DNA of 64,000 nucleotides from Rhodospirillaceae bacterium (lineage in GTDB: Bacteria > Pseudomonadota > Alphaproteobacteria > MPNO01 > UBA2964): assembly GCA_002709075.1 (NCBI GenBank), contig PAPV01000013.1:169693-233692 (forward strand), written 5' to 3'. Positions 42,751 through 53,023 of this stretch are shown in pieces (position 1 is the first letter of the stretch; the number at the start of each line of letters is the position of its first letter). The notes under the pieces were generated by a model, which saw only the letters and a list, made by a program, of their open reading frames with translations, made no database searches and was not told where the DNA came from. Made by a program: the position numbers and the translations under genes.

Positions 42751-44244
42751 TTATTGGTTAGGATTTTCAGGAAATACTAACGATTTTATTGATACGGGAA
42801 CTGCCCCAGACCCCTTCAGTTCAGCGCCAATATCGATATATTGAAACTCATTCAATGTAATACCATCAATAGAGATTATAGGGCCAGTATAATTAATTTC
42901 ATAGCGCGCATGATTCCCAAATACCCTACCTATGTCTCCACTGCACACTAAAATCAATGGTTTTCCGTCAGTTAATACCTCTTGCATCCCTTTAATAACT
43001 CCCGAGATAAAAGATTCAATTCGACCATACACAGCAGATCCATTCCAATCAAAACATAGAGCAACGGGACAGTTTGTTGTGTTTAAACTAAAGGTGTTTA
43101 GTGTGTTAAGAATTGTAGAACAAATAGCATTTTGATCAATTTCGTCAGTTTCGAGCATAAAGTTAGGTGCTATTACAGGTATGTTTTTTTGTGGAAGTAT
43201 GTCAGCCGGATGAATGAAATTAGTTGTTCCTGATAAATTTATTTTGTATTGAGATAATCCCACCACTGTGGCCCGAATACTTTCCACTGGTTCCATAATA
43301 TTTAGATCATGGGCAACAGCCATTGACTTAATTGCGGATGCGAGTTTGGATCCAACATCTATGTTTTGCTGCGTGGAATAATCATAAATATATTCTGCGA
43401 CTCCTCCTGAAAAAGTAACAGCATCAATTGTTCCATTCCATTTGATTGGGGGTAGCCTGTGCAAGTTTTTTGTAAGTCTGGATAGCGGCTTCTGAAGTAT
43501 GATTTCAGTTAGAACAATCCCCATTTTTTTCGCTACCCTTTCAAGGGACTCATCTGTAATATTTGTTCCAAGAACTGGTTGTAATCCGATTTCTTCAAAA
43601 ATTAAGTCTGCATTTTTTTCTATCCTGCAGATACAGCCATTGTCGTTGATAGCGATAAGTCTTGCACCGATATCAACAGTTGTTAAATCGATGATCTCGC
43701 CGTTAGAACAAATAGCAATCTTGGTGGTGCCTCCTCCAATATCTACATTCATAATTGTAGCACCAGTTTCTCTCGAATTAATTATCGCTCCAGATCCATG
43801 CGCCGCCATAATGGCTTCAAGCCGATCACCTGCAGCTACCGATATAAAATTTCCAGTTTCTAAAGAAAATAGCTCACCCAGCATTTGAGCATTTTTTTTT
43901 TCTAAAGCTGTGCCAGTGAGAATCAGAGCGCCTGTGTCCACTTCACGAGGTGATAAATTGGCTGCTTTATACTGTTTTTCAAGAAAGTCGCGTAAAGCAA
44001 ACTCATCAATAATATCCCTGTCTGAGAAAGGCGTTAGGAGAATCTCAGACTCATAAAGCAAACTTCTTTTTGATACCACAAATTGATCGGATGACCGTTT
44101 CATTTCGATTTCGGAAAATACTATATGGCAAGTTGCAGACCCTATGTCTATTCCTACGCTAGTAAGAGTTGTTTGTTGTTCGTCTGCGATATTATGCCCT
44201 GCACCTGCAAAAATAATTCTTCCATTGTCACTTTGCTGTTCCAT
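42751..44244 (-). CDS. EutA-like ATPase (ethanolamine ammonia-lyase reactivating factor family, ASKHA fold)
   Basis: SVGIDIGS, TGALILTG, AG..LEA..A..GSGA, NVDIGGGTT, FSGGVA, IRATVVG and YIDIG...VPVSIKSLVF motifs. Confidence 0.85.
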   Translation of the reverse strand: MEQQSDNGRIIFAGAGHNIADEQQTTLTSVGIDIGSATCHIVFSEIEMKRSSDQFVVSKRSLLYESEILLTPFSDRDIIDEFALRDFLEKQYKAANLSPREVDTGALILTGTALEKKNAQMLGELFSLETGNFISVAAGDRLEAIMAAHGSGAIINSRETGATIMNVDIGGGTTKIAICSNGEIIDLTTVDIGARLIAINDNGCICRIEKNADLIFEEIGLQPVLGTNITDESLERVAKKMGIVLTEIILQKPLSRLTKNLHRLPPIKWNGTIDAVTFSGGVAEYIYDYSTQQNIDVGSKLASAIKSMAVAHDLNIMEPVESIRATVVGLSQYKINLSGTTNFIHPADILPQKNIPVIAPNFMLETDEIDQNAICSTILNTLNTFSLNTTNCPVALCFDWNGSAVYGRIESFISGVIKGMQEVLTDGKPLILVCSGDIGRVFGNHARYEINYTGPIISIDGITLNEFQYIDIGAELKGSGAVPVSIKSLVFPENPNQ

Positions 44245-44247
44245 TTA

Positions 44248-45480
44248 CTATCCACCACTGGAGAAATTCCAAGTGGTATGCTTGTCGTAATATCTGTTTT
44301 CCATTTGATTTTTTGCTCCATTTTTGCTGCATGCTAATTCAAATTCCTCGCGTATGGCCGGATCCTCCATCCAATAAGGTATGGATGTGCCACCAGGTTT
44401 GTTTACCTCTAATACTCCCTCATCGCTCACAAATTCGCCTGGGACGCCGGCTTGCTGGACGCGATGATTATTTGGACCATACCAAGCTAAAATTCGGAGA
44501 GGTTTTTCGCTGCAATTAAAGTGCTGATGAAACCAGCGAATACGTCGGATTGGACAAGCAGAAATCATGCCAACTGCCTCGTACTCAAGTCTCATTACTT
44601 GATCAGCATCGCCATTTTGGCCTGGTGTTGGGCCTAAATCTTCCGGCCAAGTATTACAATAACCCTGACCAGCTATAGATAAAAATACAGCCGCTTCGCC
44701 AGGGTAATACGCTCGCGAATACCGACCTGGAGGATATTCGCTAATGTATTGGTAAAATTTGTTATTGGCCATTTTTGGCTCAATCCTTCGATACCCGGGG
44801 GTGCGGCGATTATCCTTGTAGAGTTCTGTGGAAAAGATATTTGGAATAATGTTTGTTCTCCGCATGGCAAGCCCTCTAGAACAATCTTCTTCAGACCCGC
44901 TAGCAGTCTTGAAACTCTTTTCATCAGGATTGAAGCGCTTTTGAAATAACAACGTGCTGTTGAAAATAATATCCTCATCATCAAACAAGTTGAATACGTT
45001 TGGAGCAGATGTGCCAGCGAGGAGCAGTGCAGGGGTATTTGATGAATTTACTATTTTATGCCTAGCGTTTAACGGAATTGCGAAAAGTGATCCTTTTTCC
45101 CACTCAAATAATTCTGGTTTCTTTTCTTCATTTATCCAAATTTCTGTCGTACCTCTACCTTCTAATACAAAGACAACTTTTTCATAAATATGACGCTCTG
45201 TTTTCAAAGCTCCTGCTTTTGGGACTTCAACTAAATAAGAGCCCCATAGACCTTCCGTCCCAAAAAGCTGGATAAAAGCCCCTCGTCCCCCCATGCGTTT
45301 CCAGTTTCCCAGTGCGACATTTTGTAAGCAGGGAATGGAAATATCCCGAACAATGGGAATTTCTTGTTCTGACATAAACGTATCATATGGGGTTGGGCGT
45401 CTCTGCCATGCGGGGCTTCCAGCATACAAATCGCCATTTGGTTCGTGCCAATGTGGGGCGCCTGCGATATCATGTGGCAT
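44248..45480 (-). CDS. Bicupin-domain protein of unknown function
   Basis: First cupin ERHIYEKVVFVLEGRG...WEKGSLFAIPLNARH; second cupin-like ...GQGY...WFHQHFN; only 3 bp from the eutA-like start. Confidence 0.75.
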   Translation of the reverse strand: MPHDIAGAPHWHEPNGDLYAGSPAWQRRPTPYDTFMSEQEIPIVRDISIPCLQNVALGNWKRMGGRGAFIQLFGTEGLWGSYLVEVPKAGALKTERHIYEKVVFVLEGRGTTEIWINEEKKPELFEWEKGSLFAIPLNARHKIVNSSNTPALLLAGTSAPNVFNLFDDEDIIFNSTLLFQKRFNPDEKSFKTASGSEEDCSRGLAMRRTNIIPNIFSTELYKDNRRTPGYRRIEPKMANNKFYQYISEYPPGRYSRAYYPGEAAVFLSIAGQGYCNTWPEDLGPTPGQNGDADQVMRLEYEAVGMISACPIRRIRWFHQHFNCSEKPLRILAWYGPNNHRVQQAGVPGEFVSDEGVLEVNKPGGTSIPYWMEDPAIREEFELACSKNGAKNQMENRYYDKHTTWNFSSGG

Positions 45481-45854
45481 TGCAAATAGTTCCTGGTTTT
45501 ATACACAAGTTTATAAGAAAAAAAGTACACTGCAATTTTTTAAAAAAATAAAAAGTTAATTATCAATTTATTGAATCAAACATCTACGTAAGAAAAAAAC
45601 CCATGTGTTTATTCTGTACGTGTTAATTTCAAAGGAATTTATCCTTTTTTATTATGGTCAAATGAGCATACATGATAACTTATTTACGTCGATTTGTTTT
45701 TTTATGCATGCTTAAGAAAGTATTTGTTATTGTCATTGACCTATGTTTCGTAGAAAATATTGTAAAAAATTGAGGTGCTCCATTGGTAGCTATTTTTTCG
45801 AGTGATTAATGTAGTGATATTGAGACTGATTAAAAACGAAATCAAATATATTAA

Positions 45855-47075
<1,221 letters not shown>

Positions 47076-47308
47076 TATATTTGTTGACTAAGTAATATGC
47101 AAACTTCAGTAATTTTTTTTTAACCTCATCTAAAAGATTGATTTCGAATTTTGTATTATAAATTTGCAGGTGATTGTTTTTTTAAGAACTAGCCTCTATA
47201 TGTTTAAGTGTTAATGCGATTATAGGTTAAAAGCTTCCAAATTATTCACAAATTTTTGTTTTCTTATCCCAATAAACAATTTTTGGGTTATTACGATTAG
47301 CGTTTGGT

Positions 47309-48271
47309 ATGTTAATAAGGTCGAAAAGAGGTTGGGAATTACCTGAGTCAGATGCCACCGACGAAAGGATTTTCCACTCTCGAAGAAACTTAATTAAGGG
47401 TTTGGCATCCGGCGCTGTGCTTGCAGCGAGTATGCCTGTTTTCGGAAAAACAACCGAGAACGAAAATCTAAATTATTCTTTTTCAGTTCCCGTAAAAAAT
47501 AACAGATATAAATTAGATAGGGAACTAACGCCGCATAAACTCGCAACCACATATAATAATTTTTACGAATTTGGCTCACACAAACAAATTTCCGCAGATG
47601 CTCAGAAATTGAAGACGCATCCTTGGATGATTACAATCGATGGATTGGTCGAGGAAAAGATCAAAATAAATGCTCATGAGCTTTTTAAGCATTTTAATTT
47701 TGAGGAGAGAGTATATCGCTTCCGTTGCGTTGAAGCATGGTCTATGGCGTTACCTTGGATCGGGTTTCCGTTGGCGGAACTGGTTAAAATGGCTAAGCCT
47801 ACATCTGATGCGAAGTATTTGGTTATGCGAAGTTTTCAAGATCCAAAGATAGCAAGTGGCCAGCGACAATTTTGGTATCCTTGGCCTTATTTAGAAGCAC
47901 TGACCGTTGCAGAAGCTAAAAACGAGTTAGCGTTTATCGCTACCGGTGTTTATGGAAAACCCATACCTAATCAAATGGGGGCTCCATTACGATTGGTAGT
48001 ACCGTGGAAATATGGATTTAAATCCATAAAGTCGATTATAAGCTTTACTTTTACCAAGATAAGGCCAAAAACTTTTTGGGAAACAATACAACCTGCAGAG
48101 TACGGTTTTTGGGCTAATGTGAATCCTTTGGTGAGCCACCCACGTTGGAGCCAAAAAACTGAGAGACCACTTGGCAAGACTACAAGGATTAAAACCTTGT
48201 TGTATAATGGTTATGAGGAATATGTAGCTTATATGTATAAAAATCTTGTTACCGAAAATTTATTTCGTTGA
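47309..48271 (+). CDS. msrP: Protein-methionine-sulfoxide reductase catalytic subunit MsrP
   Basis: Tat motif SRRNLIK; YNNFYEFG, RFRCVEAWSM and GAPLRLVVPWKYGFKSIK. Confidence 0.95.
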   Translation: MLIRSKRGWELPESDATDERIFHSRRNLIKGLASGAVLAASMPVFGKTTENENLNYSFSVPVKNNRYKLDRELTPHKLATTYNNFYEFGSHKQISADAQKLKTHPWMITIDGLVEEKIKINAHELFKHFNFEERVYRFRCVEAWSMALPWIGFPLAELVKMAKPTSDAKYLVMRSFQDPKIASGQRQFWYPWPYLEALTVAEAKNELAFIATGVYGKPIPNQMGAPLRLVVPWKYGFKSIKSIISFTFTKIRPKTFWETIQPAEYGFWANVNPLVSHPRWSQKTERPLGKTTRIKTLLYNGYEEYVAYMYKNLVTENLFR

Positions 48272-48274
48272 GAT

Positions 48275-48304
48275 AAAAAAAACCCGGGCATCAAGATGCC
48301 CGGG
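48275..48304 (-). terminator. Rho-independent terminator
   Basis: Minus strand reads CCCGGGCATC-TT-GATGCCCGGG followed by T8; may also limit msrP read-through. Confidence 0.85.
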
Positions 48305-48416
48305 AGTTTAACAGGGAGGCTTTACGTCATAAGACGTAGGATCCGAAGACCCTTTTTCGAGTTACCTCGAAAACTAAAGGCGGTCAGTTCAAAACCCGTG
48401 AACCGCCTAATTCGCT
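48275..48416 (-). ncRNA. Putative base-pairing sRNA (~140 nt) with anti-SD motif
   Basis: Four hairpins including a cUUCGg tetraloop, single-stranded GCCUCCCUGUU, an intrinsic terminator, a TATAAA -10-like element and an upstream LysR-type box; 5' end estimated. Confidence 0.7.
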
Positions 48417-48468
48417 AAACATTTATACTTTTTTTGTCGATTCACATCCAGATTAAATATCGAGAATC

Positions 48469-48491
48469 TGATATGCAAAAATTGCATATCA
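48469..48491. promoter_or_regulatory. LysR-type binding site TGATATGCAA-AAA-TTGCATATCA
   Basis: Perfect 10-bp inverted repeat containing T-N11-A (ATGC-N7-GCAT), just downstream of the LysR gene. Confidence 0.7.
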
Positions 48492-48537
48492 CTAAATAAA
48501 CCTTTTTATTTCATGCCCTTATGAATACTTAGGAATC

Positions 48538-49431
48538 TTATCTTTTGTCCTCTTTTATGCGCCGCAAAAGGAAATCTCGTAATACAACAATTCTCCTTGA
48601 ATTGCGCATTTCTTCTGGATATACAAAATAAGCTTGGTACTGCGGTCCTTCGTGTTCTGGTAGAACTGGAACTAAACCACTCGTCATGTTTGCCATATAG
48701 TCTGGCAACGAAGCAATGCCCATGCCAGCGGCGCAGGCGCGAAAAATTCCGTATATATTATTGACTCGTAGAGCAGGATAATGCTCCTTGGAATTATTAC
48801 TAGCTGCATCTAGCAACCAATTAATGTTGGTTACGGTTGAATAGTAGGTTTCATCATAAGCAAGCAATTTGTGACCTTTTAGGTCCTCTAGTCGATGAGG
48901 CATACCCCAACGTTCCAAATAATCAGGTGCTGCATATGCTGCATGTTTCAGGGTAAAAAGTGGCCTCTGTATTAAATCCGGCTGTTCTGGCCTCTCCAGG
49001 CGGATAGCAACATCTGCTTGTCGCATCGATAGATTAAGTTGATCTTCACGAACAATTAAAGAAATCGCTATCTCCGGATACATTTCAACAAAGTCTTTGA
49101 GGCGCTCTGTCAGCCACATTGAGCCAAAGGCCACACTGGTTGTAATGCGTAAGGGGCCGCTCGGTCTATCAAGAGACTCTCCAATTGCGGCTTCAGCATC
49201 TCGGACACGAGTCGCTAGCTCCTGTGCTGTTTCATACAATGTCTCCCCTTGTTCAGTTAAAGCAAGACCTCGCGCATGTCTGTGAAACAAAGCAACACCT
49301 AGCGACTGTTCTAATGCACTTATTTGACGGCTTATTGATGACTGCGTTAAGCGGAGTCTCTCACTAGCGTGAGTGAAACTTCCTGCCTCAGCGACAGTAT
49401 GAAAAATCCTAAGCTTATCCCAGTTTAACAC
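48538..49431 (-). CDS. LysR-family transcriptional regulator (LsrB/VtlR-like)
   Basis: NWDKLRIFHTVAEAGSFTHA..L.LTQSSISRQISALE...LFHRHARGL HTH; directly downstream of trxB, as for LsrB/VtlR. Confidence 0.92.
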   Translation of the reverse strand: MLNWDKLRIFHTVAEAGSFTHASERLRLTQSSISRQISALEQSLGVALFHRHARGLALTEQGETLYETAQELATRVRDAEAAIGESLDRPSGPLRITTSVAFGSMWLTERLKDFVEMYPEIAISLIVREDQLNLSMRQADVAIRLERPEQPDLIQRPLFTLKHAAYAAPDYLERWGMPHRLEDLKGHKLLAYDETYYSTVTNINWLLDAASNNSKEHYPALRVNNIYGIFRACAAGMGIASLPDYMANMTSGLVPVLPEHEGPQYQAYFVYPEEMRNSRRIVVLRDFLLRRIKEDKR

Positions 49432-49441
49432 TGAAATTTAA

Positions 49442-50389
49442 CTACTTTGTTGGTTCAGAAAGATATTTTTCTACCTCTAGTGCAGCCATGCAGCCGGTGC
49501 CTGCTGCTGTTACTGCTTGGCGAAAGATCTTGTCTTGTACATCTCCCGCAGCAAAAACACCCGAAATATTTGTCGCAGTGCTATCTGGAGCAGTGATTAT
49601 GTATCCTTCTCTATCCATTGATATTTTGCCCGAGAAGATATCAGTGGATGGTGTGTGTCCTATGGCAATAAATAAGCCATGAACTGATAATTCATTTATT
49701 TCATTTGTCTTAACATTGCGTAATTTAATTGCTGTAACCCCTAGGGGGTTCTCATCACCAATAATTTCCTCCACCACACAGTCCCATATTGTCTGTATTT
49801 TTTCGTGTTCTAAAAGTCTTTGTTGCAGAATTTTTTCAGCTCTTAACTGACTCCTACGATGGATAAGTGTGACTTTATCCGCGTGGGTGGTAAGGTAAAG
49901 TGCTTCTTCCACCGCGGTATTTCCACCCCCGACTACAGCAACCTCTTTCCCACGATAAAAAAAACCGTCGCATGTTGCGCACGCGGAAACGCCGTATCCC
50001 TTGAATTTATCTTCTGATTCAAGACCCAACCATCGCGCCTTTGCTCCAGTTGCTACAATAACTGTATCAGCAGTAAAGGTATTACCTGAATCTGCGACTG
50101 CCGTGAACGGTTTTTTAGAAAAATCAATCGAGGTAATTAAGTCATTGAATATTTCTGTGCCGACGTGTTCCGCTTGCATCCGCATCTGCTCCATGAGCCA
50201 TGGTCCTTGTATCACGTCAGCAAATCCAGGAAAGTTTTCAACATCGGTAGTGATTGTCATCTGGCCTCCGGGTTCCATTCCGGATATTAACCTAGGTTGA
50301 AGGTTGGCTCGCGCCGTGTATATCGCTGCGGTGTAACCCGCCGCACCGGATCCGATAATGAGTACGGGTGAATGATATTTTTCGGTCAT
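49442..50389 (-). CDS. trxB: Thioredoxin reductase
   Basis: IIGSGAAG, CATC active site, GGGNTA and AAGDVQD motifs. Confidence 0.97.
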   Translation of the reverse strand: MTEKYHSPVLIIGSGAAGYTAAIYTARANLQPRLISGMEPGGQMTITTDVENFPGFADVIQGPWLMEQMRMQAEHVGTEIFNDLITSIDFSKKPFTAVADSGNTFTADTVIVATGAKARWLGLESEDKFKGYGVSACATCDGFFYRGKEVAVVGGGNTAVEEALYLTTHADKVTLIHRRSQLRAEKILQQRLLEHEKIQTIWDCVVEEIIGDENPLGVTAIKLRNVKTNEINELSVHGLFIAIGHTPSTDIFSGKISMDREGYIITAPDSTATNISGVFAAGDVQDKIFRQAVTAAGTGCMAALEVEKYLSEPTK

Positions 50390-50404
50390 TTTTGCACCAG
50401 AGAG

Positions 50405-52300
50405 TTAAAATCCAAACATATGATCTAGACTGAAGGGGCCTTCCTCCGAGATCAGGCCGTGATAACCAAATAGGCGACAGCTTGTATCTCTTACAATTAT
50501 ATAAGATCCTGCGCCAGCTCGATCGAGGTCTTTATCTTTAAATAATTCGGAAATTCTTCTCAGCCGCGAGCCTCCACAGGGTATGCTTAATTTTACTTCC
50601 ACTATCTTTTTACCGTTTGGGTTTATCAGTGATAAGGAGGTATTGGAGTCATCATGCCATGGACTAGAAGCCGGATAGAGTAAATGGAGGAATGTGTCGA
50701 TTCCTGTTATGTCAACTCTCAGAAAAAGCCTAGTACTGAGCCCCGGCGGACGACTTGAGTAACTTTGCGGTTCATTCTTAAAGGTAAGGATAGTGTTAAA
50801 AATATGAGCGCCAAAGCTTGTTTCTGCTGTGTGACATGTTTCTTTATTTTCATATCGAAATAGGCCGTGAAGCCAGCCATCCACATCCGTGCCGTAAGTA
50901 AAATCATATATTAATTCTACGTGACCATATCTTTCATTGGTAAGAAAATTTGATGTCTCTAAAATTTCTTTATGACTGCGCGGTAATAATCCAAACTTAT
51001 GCGTAGCTATCTTATTGCCGTTGGGATCGAAAATAAGTGCTGCAATTGGAAGTTTGTTCTGCGCTGTAGACATTGGGGTAGGCAGTAAAGTAGAGCGCCA
51101 GACTCTTGCGGGTAAAATTGGAGCTGGCAGGATAAAACCTTTACCGACTAAATGTGTTAACTCCCTAATTTTAGGATCAGGTTTAAGATCAGCCCGTTCA
51201 ACATTTACATGGGCTATTCTTCGAACAGTTGGCCCCCCAGTTATCTCATATCTGGGCCTCACAAAATGCTTTCCAGCTTGTATTTCAATCTGCTGAGGCC
51301 ACATAGCGTTTGGCAACAAATCACCTATAGAGAGTGAGTAAGTTCCAAAGGATGGCACCTCCGTTTTAACTCTACAAATCTCAGCAGTACCCATTACATT
51401 TATGCCAATTTCGCCGGATGGAATACTGCACGGATGTGAGTTTTGTATCCAAAGTATTACGGTCTCACCTTTTCTTGGGGCAGGAAGTCCAGCATAAAAA
51501 TCTGATGGCCAAGCATTAGAATCGTGAGTGCAGGTTAAAAATTTTTGATTTTTACAGAAAATATCAAGAGCATATTTTACCACATCATGCCCCTGAACTC
51601 CCGAGAACTGAACGAACAACTGTCCAGTAAATTCCGGGAGGTTAAATCGCTCTCGAACTTTAGCGCTATCAATGGATATACTCATTCCAGCACCTTCAAT
51701 TTTTTCTGACCATTGGGCAATATTTTTACCTGCCTGATCGAATAGAATTAGATGTAACTTTACGTTTGTCGCACCGTAATTTGACCAGTAGTTGGCCGTA
51801 GTCAAACGTGTGGACATCCCGGATTCTTCTCGAAAGAAAGCGTAATTTGTTGCGAAATTTTCTTTGCTTAAATACGTTGATTTATTGGTTAACCAATTTT
51901 CGTCTACACGCATATCATCAAAACTTATAATATTGGCACCGTGCGGTATCAGGTGGTTTATGTGGTGTCTAAGTGGTTCTACGTCAAAGGCCGCAATAAA
52001 TATTGTTTTAGCGCCTGAATTTTGTAATTCCGTTACGGGTTCAGCAGATTGATTTGCAAGGAGAGATCCGATTCTTTCTATATCTTGAACGAAGGTGGCG
52101 ACAAATTTTACCGCACTGGTATTATAAAATTCAGAAAAACTTGAATATAATCCCAATGGGTCATAAAGAGCGGATGGTACTTCTTTTTCTAACTGCCTTA
52201 TAAGTTTTGAAGCTTTTTCTTTAACAGCAGGATGGCTAATTGCTTTATAGAAAATATTGCCGCCTTTTATATTACTAAAGGTTTGGATTTTGTGACCCAT
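50405..52300 (-). CDS. Hypothetical protein of unknown function (631 aa)
   Basis: Long uninterrupted ORF whose start overlaps the upstream stop (TAATG); 15 bp from trxB; no domain recognised. Confidence 0.8.
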   Translation of the reverse strand: MGHKIQTFSNIKGGNIFYKAISHPAVKEKASKLIRQLEKEVPSALYDPLGLYSSFSEFYNTSAVKFVATFVQDIERIGSLLANQSAEPVTELQNSGAKTIFIAAFDVEPLRHHINHLIPHGANIISFDDMRVDENWLTNKSTYLSKENFATNYAFFREESGMSTRLTTANYWSNYGATNVKLHLILFDQAGKNIAQWSEKIEGAGMSISIDSAKVRERFNLPEFTGQLFVQFSGVQGHDVVKYALDIFCKNQKFLTCTHDSNAWPSDFYAGLPAPRKGETVILWIQNSHPCSIPSGEIGINVMGTAEICRVKTEVPSFGTYSLSIGDLLPNAMWPQQIEIQAGKHFVRPRYEITGGPTVRRIAHVNVERADLKPDPKIRELTHLVGKGFILPAPILPARVWRSTLLPTPMSTAQNKLPIAALIFDPNGNKIATHKFGLLPRSHKEILETSNFLTNERYGHVELIYDFTYGTDVDGWLHGLFRYENKETCHTAETSFGAHIFNTILTFKNEPQSYSSRPPGLSTRLFLRVDITGIDTFLHLLYPASSPWHDDSNTSLSLINPNGKKIVEVKLSIPCGGSRLRRISELFKDKDLDRAGAGSYIIVRDTSCRLFGYHGLISEEGPFSLDHMFGF

Positions 52301-52947
52301 TAGCCGATATCTCTCTTTGAGTTTTGGGTGAATGGATTGATTTTTTTAAGCATAGCAGAAATCTTGTGTCTCCGAATTTCGCGCTGAAGAACTTTTCGAC
52401 TCGTTACCCAATTTAATTGTATGACCTTGCGCATCCCATGAAATTGTTCGTGTCCATGCCATGAACGTTCGCTGCGACGAAAGGCTAACAACGTACCAGC
52501 CTCCGGAGGTACTTCGGCTGCATAATCCTGTAAATTATCCGCGGAGCGAAGAACACGCAATCTTCCACCAGAATTTGTCCACTCTGTATTCATGTAAATT
52601 AGTAACGTAAGTATTTTGGATGGAGTATCGGTATGAATCCGTCCATCTTTAAGCTGACTAAAACCTCGAACTGTAGCAGTGAGAGGTCGGCCAGTTAGAT
52701 CGATTCCGAATTTTTCTGCGAAGGCCATTTGGACACTTTTCCCAGACATTTCTGAAATTAATTCGGTAAATGCAGCTCCTGCCTTAACACTTGATATTGC
52801 GAAACTCCCTGCTGAGGGTAGAGAGGGATAGTCATTATCAATTTTTTTTATAGCTTCGGATTTTAAAAAACCAGGGACAATCAAATACTCATATGGGTCG
52901 GTGTTTAACGGCGTAGCCGCGAATTTTTTTAAATTAATCGCTGTCAT
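52300..52947 (-). CDS. 2OG-Fe(II) oxygenase
   Basis: HTD (HxD), GGRL, SWHG and a downstream Arg (RKVIQLNW) fit the 2OG-Fe(II) facial triad and 2OG-binding pattern. Confidence 0.85.
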   Translation of the reverse strand: MTAINLKKFAATPLNTDPYEYLIVPGFLKSEAIKKIDNDYPSLPSAGSFAISSVKAGAAFTELISEMSGKSVQMAFAEKFGIDLTGRPLTATVRGFSQLKDGRIHTDTPSKILTLLIYMNTEWTNSGGRLRVLRSADNLQDYAAEVPPEAGTLLAFRRSERSWHGHEQFHGMRKVIQLNWVTSRKVLQREIRRHKISAMLKKINPFTQNSKRDIG

Positions 52948-53023
52948 ATTTAATAACCCACATGTAAAAAAGCATTTCGTTCAAAACAGTCATAATTGGG
53001 TGATGCACAAATTTCAAATATTA

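Noticed and set aside
42751-44244. Ethanolamine utilisation (eut) operon
   Set aside because: Only the EutA-like gene is present; no eutB, eutC, eutH or shell genes in the window.
48275-48420. CRISPR array, REP cluster or MITE interpretation of the hairpin cluster
   Set aside because: The hairpins differ in sequence, with no repeat-spacer periodicity, terminal inverted repeats or target-site duplication.
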